Assembly: GCA_002310055.1 (NCBI GenBank)
Contig: DBXS01000026.1
Coordinates: 54,135-118,134 of the forward strand
Reading direction: 5' to 3'
Length of the DNA stretch: 64,000 nt
Source: Clostridiales bacterium UBA1206
GTDB lineage: Bacteria > Bacillota > Clostridia > Oscillospirales > CAG-382
Below, piece after piece: positions 23,705-32,330 of this stretch. Below the pieces are notes generated by a model. It did no database searches. It was given only the letters and a program-made list of their open reading frames with translations, and was not told where the DNA came from. The translations under genes were made by a program, and so were the position numbers. The first letter of the stretch is position 1. The number at the start of each line of letters is the position of its first letter.

Positions 23705-24889
23705 TCAATGATGGAACAGTCTCATTCCGGTGAACGCCATGGCTATGCCGTATTTGTCGCAGCATTCTATCACGGCGTCGTCGCGTATAGATCCGCCCGG
23801 CTCGGCGATATATTTCACGCCGCTCCTGCGTGCGCGTTCGATATTGTCGAAGAACGGGAAGAACGCGTCGGAACCGAGCGAAACGCCGTCGACCGTATCG
23901 AGATACGCGCGCATTTCTTCGGCGGTGAAGGGTTCGGGGCGGCGCGTGAAATAGCGCTGCCAAACGCCGTCGGCGCACACGTCTTCTTCGTTTTTGTTGA
24001 TATAGCCGTCTATGACGTTATCTCTGTCGGGCCTGCCGATATCGTCCCTGAAGGGAAGCGAAAGCACCTTTTCGTGCTGTCTGAGGAACCAGGTGTCTGC
24101 TTTCGTACCGGCCAGACGGGTGCAGTGTATGCGCGACTGCTGACCGGCGCCCACGCCTATCGCCTGACCGTCGACCGCGTAGCATACCGAATTTGACTGC
24201 GTGTATTTGAGCGTGATAAGCGAAACGATAAGATCGCGGACAGCCGACTCGGGCAGTTCCTTGTTTGCGGTCACGACGTTTTTGAGCAGCTCGCGGTCGA
24301 TCTTGAAATTGTTCCTGCCTTGCTCAAAGGTGATCCCGAATACCTGTTTGTGCTCCACGGGATCGGGCACGTAGGAAGGATCTATTCTAACTATGTTGTA
24401 ATTGCCTTTGCGCTTTGTTTTAAGTATCTCAAGCGCTTCGGGTTCGTAACCCGGAGCAATAACGCCGTCTGAGACCTCGCGCTTTATCATGGTGGCGGTG
24501 GTTACGTCGCAAACGTCCGAAAGCGCGACCCAGTCGCCGAACGAGCACATCCTGTCTGTGCCGCGGGCGCGCGCGTAGGCGCAGGCGAGAGGGGAGTCGT
24601 CAAGACCTTCGATATCGTCTTCGAACACCGCTTTTTTAAGCTTGTCCGAAAGTTTGATACCTACCGCTGCAGAGGTCGGGCTGACGTGCTTGAAAGAGGT
24701 CGCCGCCGGCATACCGAGGGCCTCTTTTAGCTCCTTTACAAGCTGCCAGGAGTTGAAAGCGTCGAGGAAATTGATATATCCGGGGCGTCCCGAAAGTATC
24801 TCAATCGGAAGATCGCCGCCGTCATGCATAAATATCTTCGCGGGCTTCTGGTTAGGGTTGCATCCGTATTTGAGTTCAAATTCTTTCAT
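23705..24889 (-). CDS. purH: AICAR formyltransferase domain only (PurH lacking the N-terminal MGS-like IMP cyclohydrolase domain)
   Basis: 394 aa starting at LKYGCNPNQ, which corresponds to the start of the AICARFT domain. There is no MGS-like domain. Confidence 0.85.
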   Translation of the reverse strand: MKEFELKYGCNPNQKPAKIFMHDGGDLPIEILSGRPGYINFLDAFNSWQLVKELKEALGMPAATSFKHVSPTSAAVGIKLSDKLKKAVFEDDIEGLDDSPLACAYARARGTDRMCSFGDWVALSDVCDVTTATMIKREVSDGVIAPGYEPEALEILKTKRKGNYNIVRIDPSYVPDPVEHKQVFGITFEQGRNNFKIDRELLKNVVTANKELPESAVRDLIVSLITLKYTQSNSVCYAVDGQAIGVGAGQQSRIHCTRLAGTKADTWFLRQHEKVLSLPFRDDIGRPDRDNVIDGYINKNEEDVCADGVWQRYFTRRPEPFTAEEMRAYLDTVDGVSLGSDAFFPFFDNIERARRSGVKYIAEPGGSIRDDAVIECCDKYGIAMAFTGMRLFHH

Positions 24890-24903
24890 TTTCGTAACGC
24901 TCC

Positions 24904-25632
24904 TTATTTGTTTTTGTTATATATGAATTCACACGATTTGTTCGGCGCGGTTAGATCCACGGCGCGCACAAACAGCGAAACTTTGTTATCTGGGTTGAGG
25001 TTTTCCCAGATCAGCTCCGCAAACTCTTTCGCAGTCTCCGGAAGCGCGACTTCCTCCGGCTCGCCTTCGAACGAGGGCAGGGGATTGCCGTCGCCTTTGT
25101 ACGTATGGATGAAATGGCCCACGCCGGCGACCGGGGTATAATCGAACGTAAAGCGGTTGCATACGTCCGGCGTGCCGTTGCTTTTGAGTATGGAAAGCGA
25201 ATAGGTGAACGTCTTACGCGGGGTACAATAATAAGCGATACCGGAAATACGCGGCGTATAGTTGGGAGCGTCCGGTTCGAATTCGCGGGTGGCGAGCGCT
25301 TTGGAAAAAGCGCAAGTGTCTTCCGGATGAGCTTTTATAAAATCGTATATCGTGTTCGTCTGATCTCCGTTGGTGATTATATCGACGCCGGGCAGCGCGA
25401 GATAGGGGTTATAGATTATAAGCGAAGGATCGACTACTTTGGATTCGTCGAACGCCTTTGTACGCATACCGCCGTCAAAAATTTCGAAAACGCGGTTGCG
25501 GCTGTTTACGCTGCGCCCCATAATGAAATATGCGATCATAGCGCTTTTACCGTCAGCGGAAGCGCCTATGATTATCCCGCGCCCGGGATACGGATTTTCG
25601 GAAAGGAGCTTTTTAAGATCATACTTTGCCAT
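24904..25632 (-). CDS. purO: IMP cyclohydrolase, archaeal PurO type
   Basis: YPGRGIIIGASADGKSAMIAYFIMGRSVNSRNR, ITNGDQTN and NYTPRISG align with my recollection of Methanothermobacter PurO. Confidence 0.75.
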   Translation of the reverse strand: MAKYDLKKLLSENPYPGRGIIIGASADGKSAMIAYFIMGRSVNSRNRVFEIFDGGMRTKAFDESKVVDPSLIIYNPYLALPGVDIITNGDQTNTIYDFIKAHPEDTCAFSKALATREFEPDAPNYTPRISGIAYYCTPRKTFTYSLSILKSNGTPDVCNRFTFDYTPVAGVGHFIHTYKGDGNPLPSFEGEPEEVALPETAKEFAELIWENLNPDNKVSLFVRAVDLTAPNKSCEFIYNKNK

Positions 25633-25633
25633 T

Positions 25634-26248
25634 TTACTTTACCTCGCTTTTCAGTATTTCCGCGCACACCTTTTCGGCGGACGCGGGCAGTATTTTCCAT
25701 TCGGCCTGTTTCATAACGCGTTTCTGCAGTTTTTCGGGAGTGTCGCCGTCGCGGATATTTACGGCTTTCTGCATTATGATCTCGCCGCCGTCGGGGATCT
25801 CGTTGACGTAATGGACGGTGGCTCCGGTGACTTTTACGCCGTATCCCAGCGCCGCTTCGTGCACTTTGAGACCGTACATCCCCTTGCCGCAGAACGAAGG
25901 GATGAGCGCCGGATGTACGTTTATTATCCTGCCGGGGAAATTCTTTATAAAGTCGGCGGAAAGGATCGAAAGGAATCCGGCGAGCACTATGAGCTTTGCG
26001 CCGCTTTGCGCAATTATTCGCGCCGTTTCGTCTTCGAACGCCTGCCGGCCGATCGCCTTGCGGTCCAAGGCGTAATGGGGTATGCCGGCTTTTTCGGCCC
26101 GCTCGAGCGCGTAAACGCCCGGCTTGGAAGAAATCACGCAAACTATTCTTCCGCTGATTATAACTCCGGAGTTTTGCGCGTCTATAAGCGCCTGAAGATT
26201 TGTGCCGCCGCCGGAAACGAGCACGGCTATTCCGACCTTATTCTTCAT
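25634..26248 (-). CDS. purN: phosphoribosylglycinamide formyltransferase
   Basis: Motifs IAVLVSGGGTNLQA, INVHPALIP and GATVHYV. The start is ATG 26248 (AGAGG RBS), overlapping the FNT gene by 11 nt. Confidence 0.9.
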   Translation of the reverse strand: MKNKVGIAVLVSGGGTNLQALIDAQNSGVIISGRIVCVISSKPGVYALERAEKAGIPHYALDRKAIGRQAFEDETARIIAQSGAKLIVLAGFLSILSADFIKNFPGRIINVHPALIPSFCGKGMYGLKVHEAALGYGVKVTGATVHYVNEIPDGGEIIMQKAVNIRDGDTPEKLQKRVMKQAEWKILPASAEKVCAEILKSEVK

Positions 26249-26894
26249 TTGCTGCCTCTTTCGGCTTTTCGGGTTCTTCTTTCGTTTTGTCCAGCAAAGC
26301 AATGGCTATCGCTCCCACGGCGTTGCCGATGATCGCAAGGAGCACGAACAGCAGCGCTTTGTATAAATAGGGTTCGTGTGATCCAAACCCCGCGGTCAAA
26401 TAGAAAATGTCCGCTATGCTGTGTTCGAATCCGCTCAGTATGAATACCGGGATGCAGAACAGGATTCCAAGCGGCGTCTTTTTGCTTTTGAAAATGCTGA
26501 CCGCCATATACATAAGGATCCCGCACATAAAGGCGCGAATTAACGTTTCGGGTATCGTCTGCGCGAGCTTGGCTCTTGCGAGCGCGGCGGCGGGATCGTA
26601 AAGTTTTGCGCCGCGGTATCCGAAACTTATGAAAAAGGCGGTGAACGACGCGCCGGCGAAATTGCCGAGCAGACCGCAAAACAGCACCGAAAGATCTTTT
26701 CTCGTCCTGCTGTGCGCCAGATACCCGACCTTGCCGGTAAAGAGCGAAAACTCTTTATAGCAGATACAAAGCAGCGCCACGCTGAAAAATACGGCTCCGA
26801 CCACCTTGTTTTCGCATAAAAGATAAACAGTGCCGCCTATACCGATAAGAACGCCGGAAGCAAATCCGCTCATTATCCTTTTGAATATCAGCAT
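26238..26894 (-). CDS. formate/nitrite transporter (FNT) family membrane protein, short form
   Basis: 218-aa polytopic protein with FNT-like motifs FSLFTG and SGFEHSIADIF. It overlaps purM by 7 nt and purN by 11 nt. Confidence 0.7.
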   Translation of the reverse strand: MLIFKRIMSGFASGVLIGIGGTVYLLCENKVVGAVFFSVALLCICYKEFSLFTGKVGYLAHSRTRKDLSVLFCGLLGNFAGASFTAFFISFGYRGAKLYDPAAALARAKLAQTIPETLIRAFMCGILMYMAVSIFKSKKTPLGILFCIPVFILSGFEHSIADIFYLTAGFGSHEPYLYKALLFVLLAIIGNAVGAIAIALLDKTKEEPEKPKEAANEE

Positions 26895-27931
26895 AATACA
26901 ATCCTTTCTTCGGCTTGTTTTATTTCACCTATAACGTATGCGTTTTCGCCGCAGGATCCGAGTATCGCTATCGCCGCGTCGGCGTCCTCTGCGGCGACGA
27001 CTATGCTCATCCCCACGCCCATATTGAACGTATTGAACATATCGCGCTCGGGGATATCGCCGGTCTCCTGGATAAGTCTGAATATCTCCGGCACTTGGAC
27101 TGCGCTCTTGTTTATCACGGCGCAAAGCCCCGAAGGGATGGAGCGCGGTATGTTTTCGTAAAAGCCGCCGCCCGTGATATGCGATATGCCTTTGACTTTT
27201 ATCTTTTCTATAAGAGCGAGTACGGGCTTTACGTATATCTTTGTGGGAACGAGCAGCGTTTCGAGCGCCGACCTGCCGCCCAGACGTGCGAGCGGTTTTG
27301 TGATATCGGATCGTTCGACGTCGAACACTTTTCTCACCAGCGAAAAACCGTTGGAATGGACGCCGGAGGAGGGAAGCGCTATTATCACGTCGCCTTCACG
27401 CATCGTCCTGTTGTCAATTACTTTATCCTCGTCGACTATGCCGGTGCAGTAACCCGCAAGGTCGTATTCGTTTTCGGGGTAGAATCCCGGCATTTCCGCG
27501 GTCTCGCCGCCTATGAGCGCGGCGCCCGCCTGCACGCAGCCGTCACATACGCCTTTTACGATGTCGGCGATGCGTTCGGGGACGTTCTTGCCGCACGCGA
27601 TGTAATCGAGGAAAAACAGCGGTCTCGCGCCGCAGCAGACGACGTCGTTAACGCACATTGCCACGCAGTCGATACCCACGGTATCGTGCTTGTCCGCGAT
27701 GAACGCGAGCTTGAGTTTGGTGCCCACGCCGTCCGTGCCGGACACAAGGATCGGCTTGCTTATGCCGTCCAGATCGAGCCGGAAAAGTCCGCCGAAACCG
27801 CCCACGTCGGAACACACGCCGGGAGTCACGGTGGAAGCGATATGCTTTTTCATAAGTTCCACGGCGCGGTATCCGGCGGTAATATCAACGCCGGCGCGCG
27901 CGTAGCTTTCGGATCTCGAAATATCGTTCAT
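26888..27931 (-). CDS. purM: phosphoribosylformylglycinamidine cyclo-ligase (AIR synthetase)
   Basis: Motifs SYARAGVDI and SGTDGVGTKLK. I prefer the start at ATG 27931, judged from RBS spacing. The alternative is ATG 27940, which overlaps the purF stop codon. Confidence 0.9.
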   Translation of the reverse strand: MNDISRSESYARAGVDITAGYRAVELMKKHIASTVTPGVCSDVGGFGGLFRLDLDGISKPILVSGTDGVGTKLKLAFIADKHDTVGIDCVAMCVNDVVCCGARPLFFLDYIACGKNVPERIADIVKGVCDGCVQAGAALIGGETAEMPGFYPENEYDLAGYCTGIVDEDKVIDNRTMREGDVIIALPSSGVHSNGFSLVRKVFDVERSDITKPLARLGGRSALETLLVPTKIYVKPVLALIEKIKVKGISHITGGGFYENIPRSIPSGLCAVINKSAVQVPEIFRLIQETGDIPERDMFNTFNMGVGMSIVVAAEDADAAIAILGSCGENAYVIGEIKQAEERIVLC

Positions 27932-27936
27932 AACTG

Positions 27937-29361
27937 TCATTCCTTTCCGTTCCAGCAATAGGTGCAAAGCCTGCAGCCGTCGATGCCTATCGCTTTCCGT
28001 ATGCCTTCGAGCGACTGGAATTCGAGAGATGCAAAGTGGAATTTTTCGCAAATGGCGCGACGCATCTTTTTGCCTCTTTCGCTCGAAGGATCGCTGTATT
28101 CGTCGAGATGGTCGAAACCCTGTTCGCCTTCAAGCTCGAGTATCACGCGACGCGTGATAAGTTCAAGGTCGCTCGTCGCACGTGTGAAATTTAAAAACTT
28201 GCAGCCATACATTATAGGCGGGCAGGCGGAACGCATATGCACCTCTTTGGCGCCGTTTTCGTAAAGGAATTCGACGGTCTCTTTAAGCTGCGTGCCGCGC
28301 ACTATGGAATCGTCCACGAACAAGAGCCGCTTGCCGTCTATGAAATCGCGCACGGGGACCTGTTTCATTTTTGCGACTCTGTCGCGTTCCTGCTGGCTGG
28401 AGGGAAGAAAGCTCCGCGGCCAGGTGGGAGTGTATTTGATAAACGCGCGCGCAAACGGAAAATGGCTCCTGTTGGCGTAGCCGATGGCGTGCGGCGTCCC
28501 GGAATCGGGCACTCCGCAAACGTAGTCGAGCTCGATCCCGCCGTTCAGTTCCTTGTCGTTATCCGCCATTATCTCGCCGTTGCGGCAGCGCATGGCTTCA
28601 ACGTTGACGCCTTCGTAATCCGAAGTAGGGTAGCCGTAATATGACCACAGGAACGAGCAGATGCGCATTTCCTTGCGCGGAGAAGCGAGCGTCGTGCGGG
28701 AAACGGGCGTAAGCTCGGCGATCTCGCCGGGGCCCAGTTCGCCGTCGTCTTCGTAACCGAGCTTGCGGTATGCGAACGACTCGAACGAAACGCAGTAGCC
28801 TTCTTCTTTTTTGCCTATATGCATCGGCAGCCGCCCGTAAAAGTCGCGCGCGGCTATGATGCTTCCGTCGTCGCGCAGTATCACTATGGCGGCCGTGCCT
28901 TTTATCATTTCCTGCGCGTAACGTATGCCTTCGGCGAAATCGGTCTTGCTGTTTATCAGCGCCGCCGTGAGTTCCACCGAATTCACGTTGCCGCCCGTCA
29001 TTGCGTCGAAGTGGCAGCCGGAACGCTCAAAGCAGAGTTCGAGCAGTTCGGGGATGTTGTTTATGATCCCGACCATACATATCGCGTACGTTCCCAGATG
29101 CGAACGTATCAGCATCGGCTGCGGGTCCGAATCGCTTATGCAGCCGATGGCGGAAGTGCCTTTCATTTCGCCGAAGACGTTTTCGAACTTGGTGCGGAAC
29201 GGCGAATTTTCTATGTTATGGATAGTGCGCTGCAGCCCTATCGTTTCGTCGTACGCCGCCATGCCGCCGCGGCGCGTGCCGAGATGCGAATGATAGTCCG
29301 TGCCGAAAAACACGTCCGCTATGCAATTTGTCTTTAACGTAGCTCCAAAATAACCGCCCAT
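27937..29361 (-). CDS. purF: amidophosphoribosyltransferase homologue lacking the N-terminal Cys nucleophile
   Basis: Ntn-type fold plus a PRTase domain (LLFVDDSIVRGTQL). The N-terminus is MGGYFG, and an in-frame stop lies 5 codons upstream. Confidence 0.8.
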   Translation of the reverse strand: MGGYFGATLKTNCIADVFFGTDYHSHLGTRRGGMAAYDETIGLQRTIHNIENSPFRTKFENVFGEMKGTSAIGCISDSDPQPMLIRSHLGTYAICMVGIINNIPELLELCFERSGCHFDAMTGGNVNSVELTAALINSKTDFAEGIRYAQEMIKGTAAIVILRDDGSIIAARDFYGRLPMHIGKKEEGYCVSFESFAYRKLGYEDDGELGPGEIAELTPVSRTTLASPRKEMRICSFLWSYYGYPTSDYEGVNVEAMRCRNGEIMADNDKELNGGIELDYVCGVPDSGTPHAIGYANRSHFPFARAFIKYTPTWPRSFLPSSQQERDRVAKMKQVPVRDFIDGKRLLFVDDSIVRGTQLKETVEFLYENGAKEVHMRSACPPIMYGCKFLNFTRATSDLELITRRVILELEGEQGFDHLDEYSDPSSERGKKMRRAICEKFHFASLEFQSLEGIRKAIGIDGCRLCTYCWNGKE

Positions 29362-29380
29362 TGGTCGACCGCCTTATCTT

Positions 29381-30064
29381 TTATTTTGCAAAGAACAGAT
29401 CGGAAAGCGTCATGGGATCGATGTACTTTCCGTCCTTGTAAACTCTCATATTCCCGGAAGCGATCTCGTCGATGAGCATGACGCTTCCGTCGGGAGCGTA
29501 ACCGAACTCGAATTTGATATCGTAAAGCACAAGACCCTTCGCTTTCATATCGTCGGAAACGATCTTGGTGATCTTTTTAGTCATATCCTTTATATCGTCG
29601 TATTGCTTCGCCGACATTATCCCGAGCGCGATAAGCCCGTCCTCGGTGACGAGCGGATCGCCTTTGGCGTCGTTTTTGAAAGTCATTTCAACGTAGGAAT
29701 CCAGATCCGCGCCTTCTTCGATATATTCGCCGTAACGGCGGTAAAAACTGCCAACGGCTTTGTCGCGGCAGATGACTTCCAGCCCTTTGCCGAACACCTT
29801 CGCGGGGAGCACTTCCATCGTCGTGTTTTTCAAGTCGGCGCTCACAAAATGAGTCTTTATGCCCGCCGCGTTGACTTTTTCAAAGAAATAGACCGACATC
29901 CTGAGATTGACGTCGCCCACGCCTTCGATGGTAAGCCCGACCGAATTTTCGCCGGGATCGAACACGCCGTCCTTTCCGGTGCAGTCGTCTTTGAATTTGA
30001 GTAAGTAGTTTCCGTTTTCGAGTGCGTAGACGTTCTTGGTCTTTCCGGTGTAAACGAGTTCCAT
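29381..30064 (-). CDS. purC: phosphoribosylaminoimidazole-succinocarboxamide synthase
   Basis: 227 aa. Motifs YTGKTKNVY and LYDIKFEFG. Confidence 0.9.
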   Translation of the reverse strand: MELVYTGKTKNVYALENGNYLLKFKDDCTGKDGVFDPGENSVGLTIEGVGDVNLRMSVYFFEKVNAAGIKTHFVSADLKNTTMEVLPAKVFGKGLEVICRDKAVGSFYRRYGEYIEEGADLDSYVEMTFKNDAKGDPLVTEDGLIALGIMSAKQYDDIKDMTKKITKIVSDDMKAKGLVLYDIKFEFGYAPDGSVMLIDEIASGNMRVYKDGKYIDPMTLSDLFFAK

Positions 30065-30085
30065 AGAATACTCCTTTATTTTGAA

Positions 30086-30583
30086 TTATTGTTCGTTGAT
30101 CATCCGTTCGGCTTCGGCGTCTTTGGCGAGCGCTTTCGCCTTGTCGGAGGCGCGTTTTTCGGCGAGTTTTTGCGCAAGATTTTCATCGCCGAGCGCGAGT
30201 ATCTGCACAGCAAGCAAAGCGGCATTGACGCCTCCGTTTATCGCCACGGTCGCCACCGGAACGCCGGACGGCATCTGTACCGTGGAAAGCAAAGCGTCAA
30301 TGCCTTCTAAGTTGTTCGAACTGCAGGGTATGCCTATGACGGGGAGGGTGGTGTTGGCTGCTATGGCGCCGGCAAGATGCGCCGCCATTCCCGCGGCGGC
30401 GATTATCACGCCGAAACCGTTTTCCGCGGCGGAACGCGCGAACGCGGACGCCTCGTCGGGCGTGCGGTGCGCGGAATACACGTGAGTCTCGCTGACGACG
30501 CCGAACTCGTCGAGCGTGCGTTTGGTTTTCCTGAGGATGGGCATATCGCTGTCGCTGCCCATAATGATCGCGACTTTTTTCAT
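30086..30583 (-). CDS. purE: PurE (N5-CAIR mutase / AIR carboxylase family)
   Basis: Motifs [14 protein letters not shown] and [14 protein letters not shown]. Confidence 0.9.
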   Translation of the reverse strand: MKKVAIIMGSDSDMPILRKTKRTLDEFGVVSETHVYSAHRTPDEASAFARSAAENGFGVIIAAAGMAAHLAGAIAANTTLPVIGIPCSSNNLEGIDALLSTVQMPSGVPVATVAINGGVNAALLAVQILALGDENLAQKLAEKRASDKAKALAKDAEAERMINEQ

Positions 30584-30612
30584 AATTTCCGCTCCTTGTT
30601 TTTAATGAACGT

Positions 30613-30650
30613 AAAAAGGGCGCACTTACTTTATGCAGGTAAATGTGCCC
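30613..30650 (-). terminator. expression-platform terminator of the ZTP riboswitch
   Basis: Minus strand: GGGCACAUUUAC-loop-GUAAGUGCGCCC followed by UUUUU. That is 11 bp with one A-C mismatch. The 5' arm overlaps the conserved CUGGGCA of the aptamer. Confidence 0.75.
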
Positions 30651-30734
30651 AGACGGTCGGCTTTTTAAGATCCTTTGTCCCGCGTGGTGCTCCACTTGCC
30701 CGAAAAATTCGGGGAAACCGTCAGTTGAAAGGAC
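30644..30734 (-). ncRNA. ZTP (pfl motif) riboswitch aptamer
   Basis: UCCUUUCAACUGACGG...GUGGAGCACCACGCGGGACAAAGGA, a linker, then GCCGACCGUCUGGGCA. This matches both conserved ZTP sub-domains, with a compensatory change in the pseudoknot. Confidence 0.85.
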
Positions 30735-30754
30735 TTGATTGAATTTACGTTTAG

Positions 30755-30784
30755 ATTATAACATACAGCCTTTGCGAATGTCAA
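30755..30784 (-). promoter_or_regulatory. sigma-A-type promoter of the pur operon
   Basis: The minus strand reads TTGACA (30784..30779), an 18-nt spacer, then TATAAT (30760..30755). Confidence 0.7.
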
Positions 30785-30950
30785 GATTTATCGTACTGAT
30801 ATTTTGCCGAATTTTGCAATAATTAGCGGTGCACGGTTGTTATTTCTACCATATATTGTATCAAGGCGGCCCGTGAAGCCGTTTGTTTGCAAAAAGATAT
30901 TGAATAAAGGCGTGAAATATGCTATTATGTTCAAAAGAAAGGAAAAGACT

Positions 30951-32294
30951 ATGGATCTTTTGAAGGTAATGCCGCGCGGCGCGGCCGTGATAATAAATAA
31001 ACTTGAATCCCGCGGTCACGGCGCATACGTTGTCGGCGGCTGCGTGAGAGACGCGCTTACGGGAGGCGCTCCCAACGACTGGGATATCTGCACCTCGGCG
31101 ATTCCCGAAGAGATAATTGACTGTTTCGGCGAAAGATACGTCATCAAAACCGGCATAAAACACGGGACGGTCACGGTCAAGGCCGAAGACGGCTTGTACG
31201 AAGTCACCACTTTCAGGATCGACGGCGTATACAAAGACGGCCGCAGGCCCGAAAGCGTGGAATTCGTTTCGGATATCCGCACGGATCTTTCGAGGCGCGA
31301 CTTCACCGTGAACGCAATGGCGTATAACGCGCGCGAAGGGATCGTAGATCCGTTCGGCGGCAGGGAAGACCTTGCGAACGGGATCATCAGATGCGTAGGC
31401 AGGCCAGAACGCCGTTTCGGCGAAGACGCTTTGCGCATACTGCGCGCGTTAAGGTTTGCTTCGGTACTCGGGTTTGAAATAGAACGCGGCACGGCGGAAG
31501 CCGTCCACGCTATGAAGCACCTGCTTGAACATATCGCCAAAGAAAGGATACGCGACGAACTGCTCAAACTGTGCTCCGGCAAAAACGCATACGCGGTGCT
31601 TTGGGAATACCGCGACGTGATAACCGCTATTATCCCAGAGCTCGCGCCCTGTATCGGGTTCGAACAGCACAACCGCTACCACTGCTACGACGTTTACTGC
31701 CATATAATCCACGCGGTGGCGAATTATCGCGGCGGCGACGACGCGGTTGCGGCGGCGCTCCTGCTGCACGATATCGAAAAGCCGGCGTGTTTCGTGCTCG
31801 GCCCCGACGGAGTGGGTCACTGTTCCGGGCACGCCGAAAAGAGTTCCCAAACGGCAAGAGCCGTGTATACGCGGCTCAGGTTTTCCCGCTCGCTCAAAGA
31901 AAGCGCCGCGGAACTTATAAAGTACCACGACGCTATAATCGAACCGAACAAAAAGAGCGTCAGAAAATGGATGCGCAAGCTCGGCGAAAAACAGTTTATG
32001 CGCCTTATAGATATGAAGCGCGCGGATATGTTTGCGCAGGCGGATATCGAAAACGCAAAGCGTTCGGCTTTCCTCGACGAACTGCGCGATACCGCAAAGC
32101 GCGTCATCGCTACGGGCGAATGCTATACGCTGCGGCAACTGGCGCTCAAAGGCGGCGATATCAAACATCTGGGCGTAAGAGAAACCGAAATAGGCGAAAT
32201 ACTCGGTCAGACGCTCGACGCGGTCATCGACGAAAAAGTCCCCAACGAAAAGCTTGCGCTTATCGAATACTTGCGCCGCACAGGGATTATATAA
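30951..32294 (+). CDS. cca: CCA-adding tRNA nucleotidyltransferase (PolyA-pol head + HD domain)
   Basis: Motifs YVVGGCVRD, RDFTVNAM and the HD motif LLLHDIEKP. The start is set at ATG 30951. Confidence 0.85.
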   Translation: MDLLKVMPRGAAVIINKLESRGHGAYVVGGCVRDALTGGAPNDWDICTSAIPEEIIDCFGERYVIKTGIKHGTVTVKAEDGLYEVTTFRIDGVYKDGRRPESVEFVSDIRTDLSRRDFTVNAMAYNAREGIVDPFGGREDLANGIIRCVGRPERRFGEDALRILRALRFASVLGFEIERGTAEAVHAMKHLLEHIAKERIRDELLKLCSGKNAYAVLWEYRDVITAIIPELAPCIGFEQHNRYHCYDVYCHIIHAVANYRGGDDAVAAALLLHDIEKPACFVLGPDGVGHCSGHAEKSSQTARAVYTRLRFSRSLKESAAELIKYHDAIIEPNKKSVRKWMRKLGEKQFMRLIDMKRADMFAQADIENAKRSAFLDELRDTAKRVIATGECYTLRQLALKGGDIKHLGVRETEIGEILGQTLDAVIDEKVPNEKLALIEYLRRTGII

Positions 32295-32301
32295 AAGAAA
32301 T

Positions 32302-32330
32302 CGCACCGCTTTTCGCGGTGCGGTCTGTTT
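32302..32330. terminator. hairpin terminator between convergent genes
   Basis: CGCACCGC-loop-GCGGTGCG followed by GTCTGTTTTA. Confidence 0.6.
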
